Shown: positions 8,259-18,413, counted from the first letter of the stretch. The stretch is 64,000 bases of DNA from an archaeon (GCA_043822065.1 JBDRCC010000021.1:32001-96000), one strand, 5' to 3'. A program made the numbers and translations. Notes: generated by a model from the letters alone, not told the origin.

Positions 8259-9590
8259 ATGGCAATTCATCCAATCGAGTTTAGGTATGGAAGGCCGGAG
8301 ATGAAAAACGTCTGGTCCGACGAGTCCCGCCTGAAAAAGGTCCTTGAGGTCGAGGTTGCGCTCGCATACGCGCACTCCAAGGCCGGAAACATCTCAAAAT
8401 CTGATTTTCTGAAAATCCAAGCCGGCGCAAAGAAGGTCAGGCTTGACCGCGTCAACAAGATCGAGGCGGAAATCAACCACGACATGATGGCGGTCGTCAG
8501 GGCGCTCTCCGAGCAGTGCGGCTCGGCTGGGAAGTACGTCCACCTCGGCGCGACATCAAACGACATATTCGACACTGCGACATCCCTCCAGTTCAAGGAG
8601 GCAGCCAGAATCCTCCGATCCGACCTTGTCTCGCTCAAAACGACCCTTGCCACCCTTGCCGGCAGGACGAAAAACCTCGTCTGCATCGGCAGGACGCACG
8701 GGCAGCACGCAGTCCCGACTACATATGGGCTCCGCTTCGCAATCTGGGCGCTTGAAGTCCACAGGCACCTCCAGCGACTCGACGAGCTGACACCAAGGCT
8801 TCTCGTCGGGCAGATGAACGGCGCAGTCGGCACTGGCGCGGCGTTCGGCTCAAAAGCCGCAAGGATACAGGACACCGCAGTCAGGCGCCTCGGCCTCAAG
8901 CCGGTCACGGCGTCAAACCAGGTCATCCAGCGCGACCGCCACGCAGAGTTCCTGCTCTTCATGTCCCTTGCCGCGGAGACGCTCAACAAGATAGGCGTCA
9001 ACATCCGCACCTGGCAGAGGACTGAAATCGGCGAGGTATTCGAGCAGTTCGACACCAAGAAGCAGGTCGGCAGCTCGACCATGCCGCACAAGCGGAACCC
9101 GATACACTTCGAGCGCATCTGCGGCCTCTCGAGAATCATAACCGCAAACGCATTCGCCCAGCTGAGGAACATCGCACTCTGGGACGAGCGCGACCTGACA
9201 AACTCCTCTCCCGAGAGGATAACATTCCTCGAGTCGACAATACTCCTTGACTACATCCTCGGGCTGTCCATCTGCGGGCTGTCCTCCCTTGGGTTCGACA
9301 GGAAGCGGATTGAGCAGAACCTCAACATGACGAATGGGCTTGTCATGGCAGAGCGCGTAATGATTGCCCTGGCTGAAAACGGCATGCCGCGCCAGGAGGC
9401 GCACGAGCTCGTCCGGAAGCTCTCGATGAAGTGCTACTCCTCAGGCGAGCCGCTTGCCAGCCTGCTGAAATCAGACAGAAAAATATCTTCAATCCTTTCC
9501 CCGAAGAAAATCGATTTGCTGATGGACCCGCACACCTACATCGGCAATGCAGTCCAGACCGTCGAGAAGGCGCTCAAAGAGGTGCGCTGA
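8259..9590 (+). CDS. purB: adenylosuccinate lyase
   Basis: HLGATSND, GRTHGQHA and GSSTMPHKRNP signature. Confidence 0.97.
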   Translation: MAIHPIEFRYGRPEMKNVWSDESRLKKVLEVEVALAYAHSKAGNISKSDFLKIQAGAKKVRLDRVNKIEAEINHDMMAVVRALSEQCGSAGKYVHLGATSNDIFDTATSLQFKEAARILRSDLVSLKTTLATLAGRTKNLVCIGRTHGQHAVPTTYGLRFAIWALEVHRHLQRLDELTPRLLVGQMNGAVGTGAAFGSKAARIQDTAVRRLGLKPVTASNQVIQRDRHAEFLLFMSLAAETLNKIGVNIRTWQRTEIGEVFEQFDTKKQVGSSTMPHKRNPIHFERICGLSRIITANAFAQLRNIALWDERDLTNSSPERITFLESTILLDYILGLSICGLSSLGFDRKRIEQNLNMTNGLVMAERVMIALAENGMPRQEAHELVRKLSMKCYSSGEPLASLLKSDRKISSILSPKKIDLLMDPHTYIGNAVQTVEKALKEVR

Positions 9591-10588
9591 TGGACTACCG
9601 CCAGGCAGGAGTAGACATCAAAAAGGAAAACGCCTCAATCTCTACGATGGTCTCGGCCCTGCAGAAGACCTTTGCAGAGCGCAAGGGAAAGCTCGGGGAG
9701 GTCATCGACCTCGGAGACTACTTCGCTAACCTAATTGACATCGGGAACGGCAAGGCGCTTGCAATGTCAACCGACGGAGCCGGCTCCAAGGTGATAATTG
9801 CCGAGCTGCTTGACGACTACACCACAGTCGGGATAGACATGGTCGCGATGAACGTCAACGACATCATCTGCACCGGCGCCGAACCGATTGCACTCGTCGA
9901 CTACTACGCAGTCGAGGAGATAAATGAAAGGCGCTCGCTTGAAATCGCCCAGGGCGTCGCCAGGGGCTCAATCGAGGCAGGCGTCGCCGTCATCGGCGGC
10001 GAGACTGCAAGCCTCCCGGACACAATCAAGGGCGCAAAGCCGAAGACGGGCTTCGACATCGCCGGGACCGCCATCGGAATCGTCGACAAGGACAAGATAA
10101 TCGACGGCAAGAAGGTCAAGCCAGGGGACGCAATCCTCGGGCTCGCGTCATCCGGCATACACTCAAACGGGCTGACACTTGCACGGAAGGTCCTCGACCT
10201 CTCGGACAAAAAAACCCTCCGGGAGCTCCTGACCCCGACGAGGATTTACGTCAAGCCAATACTCAAGCTCCTCAAGTCCTGCGAGGTCCACGGCCTTGCC
10301 CACATCACGGGTGGCGGGCTGAACAAGATACGCAGGCTCAACAAGAACTACGGCGTAGACATACCAAGCCCGCGCAAGCCGCAGAAGATATTCCAGGAAA
10401 TCCAGAAAAAGGCAGGCATCTCTGAAGCTGAGATGTACCGGACGTTCAACATGGGGACCGGCTTCGCAGTTGTGCTCCCTGAGTCAGAGGTCGCATCAGC
10501 GAAAAAGCTTCTCTCCGCCCTTGACCCGATGGTCATCGGCTCTGTAATCAGGGAAAAGGCAATCTACCTGCGGGGCGAGAAGGCATAA
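9590..10588 (+). CDS. purM: phosphoribosylformylglycinamidine cyclo-ligase (AIR synthetase)
   Basis: MDYRQAGVDI, STDGAGSK, GGETA, SSGIHSNG, HITGGG and TFNMGTG. ATG overlaps the purB stop. Confidence 0.96.
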   Translation: MDYRQAGVDIKKENASISTMVSALQKTFAERKGKLGEVIDLGDYFANLIDIGNGKALAMSTDGAGSKVIIAELLDDYTTVGIDMVAMNVNDIICTGAEPIALVDYYAVEEINERRSLEIAQGVARGSIEAGVAVIGGETASLPDTIKGAKPKTGFDIAGTAIGIVDKDKIIDGKKVKPGDAILGLASSGIHSNGLTLARKVLDLSDKKTLRELLTPTRIYVKPILKLLKSCEVHGLAHITGGGLNKIRRLNKNYGVDIPSPRKPQKIFQEIQKKAGISEAEMYRTFNMGTGFAVVLPESEVASAKKLLSALDPMVIGSVIREKAIYLRGEKA

Positions 10589-11682
10589 TGTACGCCGGCA
10601 GAGTCGTTGCAGTAGGCAAGACCTCCGCGCCATTTGTCTGCTACAGGGTTTCCTCCAACTCGTTCCCTGACCGCGCGGCAAAAATATCGCGCGGCAAGGT
10701 GAAAATCTCACTCAAGCCGGGAATCAAGACATCCAACCAATACGTCGAGTACAACTGCATAGCCAAAGTCGGCAAAGCCGTCATCGCCTCAAACGGGAAA
10801 CACACCGACCTCATAGCCAAAAATTTCAGCTCAGGCATGCCCATGAAGGAGGCAATTTATTCCGCACTCAGCAGGATGGGCTACGAAAAGGACGGGCACA
10901 ACACCCCGCGGATTGCGGGCGCGTTCCTCGGCAGCAAAGGCTATCTTGGCATCATCCGAAAGGGCGGAATTGAAATCCAGGAGTTCCCCCTGCGGGCAGG
11001 CTCGTGCAGGATTGTCTCGACAAATTCGTTTACCTCCCTCTCCGAAAACGAGTACGCATTCGAAGCCGCTGACGCAAAGGACTGCGCCCGCTTCATCTCC
11101 GAAGGGCACTTCTTCTGCAAGCTCAAGAGCTTTGTCTGCTCCGCGGCATACCTCGGCGGGTATTCAACCTACAACCCAAACGTGCCAACCCCAGCCCAGG
11201 CGCTCGCCCTCCTAAAGAAAGCAGGCTGCTCCCAGAAGGTCATCCTCCACTGCAAAACCGTCAGGCGCATCGCCCTAAAGCTCCTTGACAAATACCGGAT
11301 AAAGGCAGACCGCCAGCTCGTTGAAACCGGCTCGCTCCTGCACGACATCGGCAGGGCTAAGGACCACGGCATCCAGCACGGGCTCTACAGCTATCAAGCC
11401 CTCCGTGAGCTTGACCTCCCGCTTGAAATATGCCTCATCGCGCTCCACCACGTCGGCTCGGGAATCGACAGGCAGACCGCGGTCGAGCTCGGCCTACCTC
11501 CCGCGGACTACTCCCCCATCACGACTGAGGAAAAGCTTGTCTGTTTCGCCGACATCCTCGCCAGGGGCGACACGGAGCTTTCGTACGAGGAAGCCCTTGA
11601 GGCGGACTCCCTGAAGTTCGGCAAGAATTCCAAATACATCCGCAAAATGAAGGCTCTCCACTGCGAACTCACGGGCAAATAG
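10588..11682 (+). CDS. purO: archaeal IMP cyclohydrolase fused to an HD-domain hydrolase
   Basis: MYAGR, YRVSSNSFPDR, YNC and YEKDGHNTPRIAG are PurO motifs. C-terminal HCKTV...LLHDIGR...HG...HHVGSGI...EEKLVCFAD is an HD domain. Confidence 0.88.
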   Translation: MYAGRVVAVGKTSAPFVCYRVSSNSFPDRAAKISRGKVKISLKPGIKTSNQYVEYNCIAKVGKAVIASNGKHTDLIAKNFSSGMPMKEAIYSALSRMGYEKDGHNTPRIAGAFLGSKGYLGIIRKGGIEIQEFPLRAGSCRIVSTNSFTSLSENEYAFEAADAKDCARFISEGHFFCKLKSFVCSAAYLGGYSTYNPNVPTPAQALALLKKAGCSQKVILHCKTVRRIALKLLDKYRIKADRQLVETGSLLHDIGRAKDHGIQHGLYSYQALRELDLPLEICLIALHHVGSGIDRQTAVELGLPPADYSPITTEEKLVCFADILARGDTELSYEEALEADSLKFGKNSKYIRKMKALHCELTGK

Positions 11683-11712
11683 CTTTTTAAATACTAAAAT
11701 CAAAGTCCTATT

Positions 11713-12435
11713 ATGGTCAGCCAATTTCCGACCGTCAAGGCATACGAGGAGGCATGCGCGAGGGCAGCGAAGAAGGGCATCGAGCTCACGAAAAACCCTG
11801 ACCTAACGAACTTCTTCAATTCCACCTACTACTTCTTCATGGCAGGCGACCACGCCAGGCTTGAGCACACTGCCAAGCAGATTAAATTCCTCATTGAGAT
11901 GAAGGAGAAAAAGGGCATTCCCCTCAAAAAAGACGAAGCCCGCATCCCGTCATTCCTCCCGCTTTTTGAAATTCTGCTAAAGAAGGACAAGATGAAAATA
12001 TGCGAGGAGCTGAAGGGCCTGGTCTATTTCCTGCCCCCTGAACTCCAGGAGGACGAGCGGCACTATCGCCTCCTTTTCAGCAGGGAATACCTCATAAACA
12101 TAAAGAAGGACCTTGAAGTCTACCACAAGATTATCCCGAAGGCGCTGGAAAAAATGCCGCCCGAAGACCCGGACGCAGACGACAAGGCAAAGGATAAGCG
12201 GGAACGGGCAATCGAAGTAATTTCGAAGTTCCTGGAGAAGCAAAAGAACGCGCTTATCAAGGATTTGTACAAACGGACTGTCTTCGACTTCTCCTGGTCC
12301 AAGGATCCAGCTTCGGACGACGGAAAGCTTTACTTCCCGCTCGACAAGAAGTCCAATGCCCTGCTCCTCCTATATTTCTTTTACAAGCTGGACGCCTGCA
12401 TAGACGCAGTAAACACTTTCACAGGCAAGGAATAA
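11713..12435 (+). CDS. hypothetical protein
   Basis: 240-aa ORF with a TATA-like sequence at ~11685-11692 and host-like codon usage. Confidence 0.7.
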   Translation: MVSQFPTVKAYEEACARAAKKGIELTKNPDLTNFFNSTYYFFMAGDHARLEHTAKQIKFLIEMKEKKGIPLKKDEARIPSFLPLFEILLKKDKMKICEELKGLVYFLPPELQEDERHYRLLFSREYLINIKKDLEVYHKIIPKALEKMPPEDPDADDKAKDKRERAIEVISKFLEKQKNALIKDLYKRTVFDFSWSKDPASDDGKLYFPLDKKSNALLLLYFFYKLDACIDAVNTFTGKE

Positions 12436-12849
12436 TCACGGATAAATAGTTACTATGTCCCCGTCCTTCACGTCAAGGGCTGCCCTGAGGTTTATCGGCC
12501 CGAGTATCTCGATTACCTCGTCGTCCTCCCTCTGCCTGTCGGGGAATATGACTGCGCACCTGGTCGTCTGCGCCTCGCCGTGCTCCAGGGTGGATATCCG
12601 CACGCACTTCGCCCCGCCGTAGTCGTCCACCATGTCCTTCTTGCGGGTGTTAACCTTCATGAAGCCCTCGAGCCGCTCTCCTGTCAGCGTCCTAAGGTGC
12701 TCCCTTACCGTAGGGGTGACCTGGAGGCAAAGCGTCCCTGAAAAAGGGGTGTAGCCAAGGATGCGCTTGAACTGCTTGGTATACTCCGTCATGGAGACAA
12801 AAGCTGCGCCTTCCCCCGCCCCACTTCTAACTATGCCTGAGAAGCTCAT
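12436..12849 (-). CDS. ribK: CTP-dependent riboflavin kinase
   Basis: GIVRSGAGEGAAF, GYTPFSGTL and EILGPINLRAALDVKDGD. Confidence 0.9.
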   Translation of the reverse strand: MSFSGIVRSGAGEGAAFVSMTEYTKQFKRILGYTPFSGTLCLQVTPTVREHLRTLTGERLEGFMKVNTRKKDMVDDYGGAKCVRISTLEHGEAQTTRCAVIFPDRQREDDEVIEILGPINLRAALDVKDGDIVTIYP

Positions 12850-12856
12850 CTAAGCG

Positions 12857-13171
12857 CTAAATGTCTTCTGCAACCCGTTCATCTTCGCCTGTCGGGATTG
12901 ACAGCGGGGTCTCGTACTTCTTCGGCATTGAAATGATAACTATGTCGTCCGCCGCAACTATGTGCTTGTGCGGTATCAGTACTGCCCTCTTTGCGTCCCC
13001 GCTTTTTTCGAACATCTGGTAGAGGAAGCTCCCCCGGTCCATCTGGACGACGACGCCGTATACTGCGCCCCTTTCAGTGTCCAGCATGGTGTCCTCGACA
13101 ACGCCTATAAACTTGGCGTTCTTGGTGTAAACGCTTTTTCCGCCTATCTCGGTGAGATTGCTAACTGTCAT
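12857..13171 (-). CDS. PRC-barrel domain protein (CdpB-like cell division candidate)
   Basis: GKSVYTKNAKFIGVVEDTMLD...VLIPHKHIVAADDIVII. Confidence 0.85.
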   Translation of the reverse strand: MTVSNLTEIGGKSVYTKNAKFIGVVEDTMLDTERGAVYGVVVQMDRGSFLYQMFEKSGDAKRAVLIPHKHIVAADDIVIISMPKKYETPLSIPTGEDERVAEDI

Positions 13172-13214
13172 ATCAACCGCTACTCATTAAATCCAACTAG
13201 TATATAAATTATTC

Positions 13215-13859
13215 ATGGCGAGGACAGTCATACTCATCCCAACCGCGCACCTTTCGAAAAAGAGCGTTCAGCTCGTCAGGCGGACAATCGACGAAGTCAA
13301 GCCACAGGCCGTGGCGGTCGAGCTCTGCAGGAACCGCTACTACGCCCTCGCCTCGGGAAGGCGCGCCACCGCAAAGGAGCTCATCCGCAGGGGAAACCTC
13401 TTTCTAGCAATCGTAAGCATGCTCCAAAACCGCCTCTCCAAACAAATAGGGCTCCTCCCAGGGGCGGAAATGATTGAGGCGGTGAAGGTTGCCCGCGAGA
13501 GGAACCTCCCCGTCTTCCTCATCGACCAGGACATCTTCACCATCATGCGGAGCTTCAGGAAAATCCCCCTCCGCGAGAAGCTCAGGATGTTCTTCCTAAC
13601 AGGGGGCATCCCCAAGAAGGCCACCATTGACGAGCTCACCGAGGAGAAGACAGTCTCAGGAATCCTCGAGGCCATGCGCAGGAAGATGCCAGTGACCTAC
13701 AAAGCCCTTGTCGAAGACCGAAACCGTTTTATGGCTCGCCAGCTAAAGAGCCTACCGTTCGAGAGCGTGGTCGCCGTCGTCGGCGCAGGCCACGCCTCAG
13801 GCATAAAGAGGATACTCGAGGTGAAAAATGCTGACAGGCGACGTAAAAAAGCTGTTTGA
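13215..13859 (+). CDS. TraB/GumN family protein
   Basis: TAHLS, AVELC, PGAEM, LVEDRN and VAVVGAGH. Confidence 0.9.
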   Translation: MARTVILIPTAHLSKKSVQLVRRTIDEVKPQAVAVELCRNRYYALASGRRATAKELIRRGNLFLAIVSMLQNRLSKQIGLLPGAEMIEAVKVARERNLPVFLIDQDIFTIMRSFRKIPLREKLRMFFLTGGIPKKATIDELTEEKTVSGILEAMRRKMPVTYKALVEDRNRFMARQLKSLPFESVVAVVGAGHASGIKRILEVKNADRRRKKAV

Positions 13860-14262
13860 GTCCCAGGATCTTGTCGCGCTGGCTACTGCAGACAAAAGCA
13901 GCATGCCAAACGTGGTCCCGATATACTGGAAAAAGATAGTCGACAGCTCGACAATATGGCTGATAGACAACTACATGCTCCAGACCGCTGGAAACCTGAG
14001 GCAGAACAAAAAGGCATGCATCTCCTTTTGGAACCCCTCCACCGAAGACGCCTATAAGCTAAAAGGCGAGGCTACCTATTACTCGAGCGGCAAGGTCTTC
14101 GAGGCAGCCAAAAAGTGGATACAGTCAATAAGCCCATCTAAGAGCCCGAAAGGCGTTGTCGAATTCAAAGTCCTGGAAGTCTACACAATAAAGCCAGGCC
14201 CTGCCGCCGGCTCAATGCTGTACGACAGCGATACCAAAGCTAAAAAGACAAGCAAAAAATGA
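13828..14262 (+). CDS. pyridoxamine 5'-phosphate oxidase-like FMN-binding protein
   Basis: LATADKSSMPNVVP, DNYMLQTAGNL and YKLKG. Confidence 0.88.
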   Translation: MLTGDVKKLFESQDLVALATADKSSMPNVVPIYWKKIVDSSTIWLIDNYMLQTAGNLRQNKKACISFWNPSTEDAYKLKGEATYYSSGKVFEAAKKWIQSISPSKSPKGVVEFKVLEVYTIKPGPAAGSMLYDSDTKAKKTSKK

Positions 14263-14864
14263 AAAAAAACGTCTACCAGTTCGGCGAAACAGAGCTTAAG
14301 GACCTCATAGTGGCATGGGTCTTCCTTTCCCTTATCTTCTCCTACCGCGCAGGCTTTGCAGCATCCGGCGACTTCCTCTCCCGTTTCCTCTTCATCCTCC
14401 CAACCCTCGGGCTCGGCTTCATAGGCCACGAGCTCTCCCATAAGTTCGCAGCCCAGAGGTATGGGTTCTGGGCGGAGTTCAGGATAAGCTACAGCAACCT
14501 GTTCTTCGCGCTAATCCTCGCGATGGTTAGCCCGATAATCTTTGCTGCCCCCGGCGCGGTCGTCATCTTCCCAGTCAACAGGCATGGCAGGATGGCCGAC
14601 AGCGGCGCGAGCGGGAGGATTTCCCTTGCAGGCCCGATGGCAAACCTGCTGATAGTCCTGCTCTTCTCGGCGGCTTACCTCTTCCTCCCGCTGAGCCCTG
14701 CCCTCGTCTCCCTCTGCCAGATAGGCATCATGGTCAACGGCTTCCTTGCGTTCTTCAACCTCATACCGTTCAGCGTCCTCGACGGGAAGAAGGTCTTCCG
14801 CTGGAGCAAGCCGGTCTGGGCGCTCGCCTTTGCAATCTCCCTCCTTGCCCTGTATTCGGTATAG
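14259..14864 (+). CDS. site-2 protease (M50) family Zn metalloprotease
   Basis: HELSH, ISLAGPMAN and FNLIPFSVLDG. Confidence 0.93.
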   Translation: MKKNVYQFGETELKDLIVAWVFLSLIFSYRAGFAASGDFLSRFLFILPTLGLGFIGHELSHKFAAQRYGFWAEFRISYSNLFFALILAMVSPIIFAAPGAVVIFPVNRHGRMADSGASGRISLAGPMANLLIVLLFSAAYLFLPLSPALVSLCQIGIMVNGFLAFFNLIPFSVLDGKKVFRWSKPVWALAFAISLLALYSV

Positions 14865-14899
14865 AGAAAACTTAAAAACGCCAAAGTCGAAATAACCAT

Positions 14900-15010
14900 A
14901 TGAACTGCAAAGCTGTGCTCGTCAACTACCTGAACGGGATAATGGCGGTAATGTTTGTCCTATGGTTCTTCCTGCACGTATTCGGGGTCGCCAACCTGAT
15001 TCTGTCCTAA
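14900..15010 (+). CDS. 36-aa single-TM microprotein (not in ORF track)
   Basis: MNCKAVLVNYLNGIMAVMFVLWFFLHVFGVANLILS*. TATA-like CTTAAAAA at ~14870 and a 4-bp convergent stop overlap. Confidence 0.6.
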   Translation: MNCKAVLVNYLNGIMAVMFVLWFFLHVFGVANLILS

Positions 15011-15612
15011 TCCGACACAGCCTCGTCTATAACGCTGTCCCTCACCTTATCAAAGCCCTTTTTCGCAGCCTTTTCGTGGTACTTCTCAAAATACACCCGC
15101 ATAAGCCTGTTAAACGAGGCAGCCGCCTCTGCAAAATTAGTATCGCACCTGTCCCGCAGCACAGCCTCCAGCTTGCCCTCCTTCAGCCCGTCCCGCACGT
15201 GCTTCCACGCCGGGCATGCCTTGTAGAAATCCACGTGCTTCAGGACAACATGGAACGCAGGGTAGCACTTGCAGACGAACGGCTTGGCGCTGTGCACCTT
15301 GCAGAGCCCTGACTTCTTGTCATAAAATATGCAGCTCCCACCTTCAATCTTCAGATGCAGCTTGTAGGCAATCTGCGTCTCGTAAATCCACCTTTGTATG
15401 TCCCGCTCCACGTAGCTAATGCCCTTTAGCCACTCCGCAATTTCAAATACCTGCTCGATGGCGGCAAACTCATGCGGCCTCATCCCAGTCTTCCTGCTTA
15501 TCGCCTTGGCGTCCCTCATTGTGATGTCAGGGCCGCGGCCGCTAAACGTCCCGCAGCAGTGGCGGTCGCACTTCCTGCATATCTCGGTTGTGTCAATCCA
15601 GGGCTCTTTCAT
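15007..15612 (-). CDS. YkgJ family cysteine cluster (CxxCxxxCC) protein
   Basis: CRKCDRHCC, CIFYD..CKVH..KPFVCKCYP. Confidence 0.88.
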   Translation of the reverse strand: MKEPWIDTTEICRKCDRHCCGTFSGRGPDITMRDAKAISRKTGMRPHEFAAIEQVFEIAEWLKGISYVERDIQRWIYETQIAYKLHLKIEGGSCIFYDKKSGLCKVHSAKPFVCKCYPAFHVVLKHVDFYKACPAWKHVRDGLKEGKLEAVLRDRCDTNFAEAAASFNRLMRVYFEKYHEKAAKKGFDKVRDSVIDEAVSD

Positions 15613-15731
15613 GGGAAATATATCCGTTGGAAATATATTTAAGCTCTTTCCTTATAACTAATACGGGGTTACTCTTTTAGGCTTATATCTATGGGAACGG
15701 CCAACCCCCTACTGAACTGGAGAACACACAA

Positions 15732-17051
15732 ATGAAAGTCCTAGTCGTCGGAAGCGGTGCAAGGGAGCATGTCATAGCGGAAAGCATAGCGAAGTCCGGG
15801 GAGAAGCTCTACTCCATCCTTTCAACCAGGAACCCAGGCATAATCCGCTTATCCGAGGACTACAAGGTCTGCGACATCACCGACAACGACTCAATCCGCA
15901 AGTTCGCGGAGAAGAGCGACATCACGCTCGCAATAATCGGCCCCGAAGTGCCGCTCGCAAACGGCATCGTCGACGAGCTCGTCATGGAGGGCATCGACTG
16001 CGTAGGTCCGAGGAAAGTCCTTGCAAGGCTCGAGTCCGACAAGGCCTTCGCCAGGAACCTCATGCAGACGAACAAAATCGGCGGCTGCCCAGAATTCCAC
16101 ATACTCACAGACCCTGCAAAGGCAGAGGAAGTAATCCGCAACTCCGGCAAGGCGTGGGCAATAAAGCCCGCAGGGCTGACCGGGGGCAAGGGCGTCCAGA
16201 TGATGGGCGAGCACCTCGACATCGAGGGTGCGGTAGCCTACTCAAAGAAGATTCTCGAAGACAAGGTCGGCGGGATGGCAAAGCTGGTTCTTGAGGAAAA
16301 GCTCATCGGTGAGGAGATAACCATCCAGGCTTTCGCCGACGGAAAGACACTTATTCCGATGCCAGTCGTGCAGGACCACAAGCGCGCCTTTGACGGCGAC
16401 CAGGGCCCGAACACCGGCGGCATGGGTTCGTACTCCGACTCAAACCATCTTCTCCCATTCCTCGACAGGAAGACCTACGACCAGTGCATCGGGATAATGG
16501 AGCAGACAATCTCCGCAGCGGTGCGCGCCACAGGCTTCCCGTACAAGGGAATCCTCTACGGCCAGTTCATGCTTACCAAAGGCGGGCCGAAGGTCATAGA
16601 ATTCAACACCCGCTTCGGCGACCCGGAGGCAATGAACGTCCTGAGCCTGCTCGAGACCGACCCGCTCCAGATATACGTCAACATCGCGCACGGCGACCTG
16701 AAGAAGTCTGACGTCAGCTTCCAGAACAAGGCCACGGTCTGCAAGTACGTCGCTCCGGCGGGCTACCCGACCCTATCTAAGCCAGTCCCAATCACAGTCG
16801 ACGAGTCCGCCATATCCGGCCTCGGCGCGAAAGTCTACTACGCCTCAGTCTCTGAGAAGAACAAGAAGCTCATCACGGGCACATCAAGGACGGCCGCGAC
16901 AGTCGGAATCGCGGACACAATCGAGGAGGCTGAGAAAATCGCAGAGGCTGCACTCGGCCACATCAAGGGCGACCTCTTCCACCGGAAGGATATCGGCACA
17001 AGCGCGCTCATCCAGAAACGGCTCGACAACATGAAGACAATAATGGGCTAG
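15732..17051 (+). CDS. purD: phosphoribosylamine-glycine ligase
   Basis: VGSGAREH, GLTGGKGV, QDHKRAFDGDQGPNTGGMGSY and EFNTRFGDPE. Confidence 0.97.
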   Translation: MKVLVVGSGAREHVIAESIAKSGEKLYSILSTRNPGIIRLSEDYKVCDITDNDSIRKFAEKSDITLAIIGPEVPLANGIVDELVMEGIDCVGPRKVLARLESDKAFARNLMQTNKIGGCPEFHILTDPAKAEEVIRNSGKAWAIKPAGLTGGKGVQMMGEHLDIEGAVAYSKKILEDKVGGMAKLVLEEKLIGEEITIQAFADGKTLIPMPVVQDHKRAFDGDQGPNTGGMGSYSDSNHLLPFLDRKTYDQCIGIMEQTISAAVRATGFPYKGILYGQFMLTKGGPKVIEFNTRFGDPEAMNVLSLLETDPLQIYVNIAHGDLKKSDVSFQNKATVCKYVAPAGYPTLSKPVPITVDESAISGLGAKVYYASVSEKNKKLITGTSRTAATVGIADTIEEAEKIAEAALGHIKGDLFHRKDIGTSALIQKRLDNMKTIMG

Positions 17052-17944
17052 CCTTTCGCCAGCTCTTCTATTATCCCGCAAACGCATTCTCCAAGCGCCT
17101 TTGAACTATACCCGCCTTCCAGTGCTATCACCAGAGGGTATTTTTTTATCCGCCTGAACGTCTCTACGAAGCAGTCTGTTGTCAACCCGAACCCGCCTAT
17201 CGGGTCGTCCTTGTGCCCGTCGAACCCGGCTGAGACAAACAAGATTTCAGGCTTCTCCCTATCTATCCTCTCGACCGCCTTGTCGACAGCCTCCAAAAAC
17301 GCATCATCCTCCGTTCCGGCAGGCATTGGGAGGTTAAATGTGTAACCCTTGCCAGCGCCCTGCCCGGTCTCGCTTACGCTCCCGCTCCCGGGGTAGAACG
17401 GGTACTCGTGTATTGATGTATACAGCACAGGCTCGGAATAGAATATGTCCTGCGTCCCATTCCCGTGGTGGATGTCGATGTCGAATATTGCCTTTCTCCC
17501 CCCGAAAGCCCTCACCCCGAACGCAATGTTGTTGAAATAGCAGAAGCCCATCGGCGTTGTCCTTGTCGCGTGGTGCCCCGGCGGCCTTACCAGGCAGAAG
17601 ACGTGCCTGCTCCCTCTCTTTATCCGCTCAACCGCCTTTACAAGGCCGCCGACCGCGAGCTTCGCAACCTCGAACGTCGCGGCGCAGGGAACTGTATCGG
17701 CGTCTATCATTTCCTCCGCCCTGCTCCTGGACCTCACGAGGTCAACCATCTCCTTCGTATGGACCCTCAGCAAATAATCATCGTCAACCGGCTCAGGCTC
17801 GACAATGTTTATCTTTTTCCCCAGCCCCCGCCTGCCTATCTCATCCCATATCGCCTTGAGCCTGTTTGGCGCCTCAGGGTGCCATCCCCCTGATACGTGC
17901 CTCAGGTACTCGGGCGAGTAGACAACGTCGATTTTCCCTGCCAT
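17048..17944 (-). CDS. histone deacetylase / acetylpolyamine amidohydrolase family
   Basis: HPEAPNRL, RPPGHHA, GFCYFNN, DIDIHHGNGTQ, SAGFD and LEGGY. Start reassigned to 17944. Confidence 0.93.
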   Translation of the reverse strand: MAGKIDVVYSPEYLRHVSGGWHPEAPNRLKAIWDEIGRRGLGKKINIVEPEPVDDDYLLRVHTKEMVDLVRSRSRAEEMIDADTVPCAATFEVAKLAVGGLVKAVERIKRGSRHVFCLVRPPGHHATRTTPMGFCYFNNIAFGVRAFGGRKAIFDIDIHHGNGTQDIFYSEPVLYTSIHEYPFYPGSGSVSETGQGAGKGYTFNLPMPAGTEDDAFLEAVDKAVERIDREKPEILFVSAGFDGHKDDPIGGFGLTTDCFVETFRRIKKYPLVIALEGGYSSKALGECVCGIIEELAKG

Positions 17945-17981
17945 TGGAAATTTATAAAAGACCTCCGGCAATAAGTACCTT

Positions 17982-18413
17982 ATGATAACCATAATAATCG
18001 GCTCCGAGTCAGACAGGCCAGTTGCCGAGAAAGCTGAAAAAATACTCTCCGAATTCGGCGTCCCATTCCAGACCCACGTCGCATCCGCCCACCGGACCCC
18101 GGACAGGCTCAAGGAAATCGTCACATCATCCAAATCCGACGTCTTCATAGCAATTGCCGGCTTATCCGCAGCCCTGCCTGGTGCGGTCGCCTCAATGACA
18201 GTAAAGCCTGTCATCGGCGTCCCGGTTAACGTCAAGCTTGGCGGGCTTGACGCCCTTCTCGCGATAATGCAGATGCCGCCAAAGGTCCCGGTCGCCGCCG
18301 TCGGGGTGGACAGGGCGGACAATGCAGCCTACCTGGCGGTTCAGATTCTATCGCTCAAGGACAAGGCCCTTGCAAAAAAGTTTGCAGACTTCAGGCAGTC
18401 GCTTTCTAAATAA
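17982..18413 (+). CDS. purE: N5-CAIR mutase / AIR carboxylase
   Basis: [21 protein letters not shown] and PVIGVP. Confidence 0.96.
   Translation: MITIIIGSESDRPVAEKAEKILSEFGVPFQTHVASAHRTPDRLKEIVTSSKSDVFIAIAGLSAALPGAVASMTVKPVIGVPVNVKLGGLDALLAIMQMPPKVPVAAVGVDRADNAAYLAVQILSLKDKALAKKFADFRQSLSK

Noticed and set aside
17945-18322. N-terminal extensions in the ORF track (HDAC, purM, mtnA, rnhB, DUF116, 5071-5985, 26540)
   Set aside because: They overlap other genes, promoters or repeats. Family homology starts at downstream ATGs.
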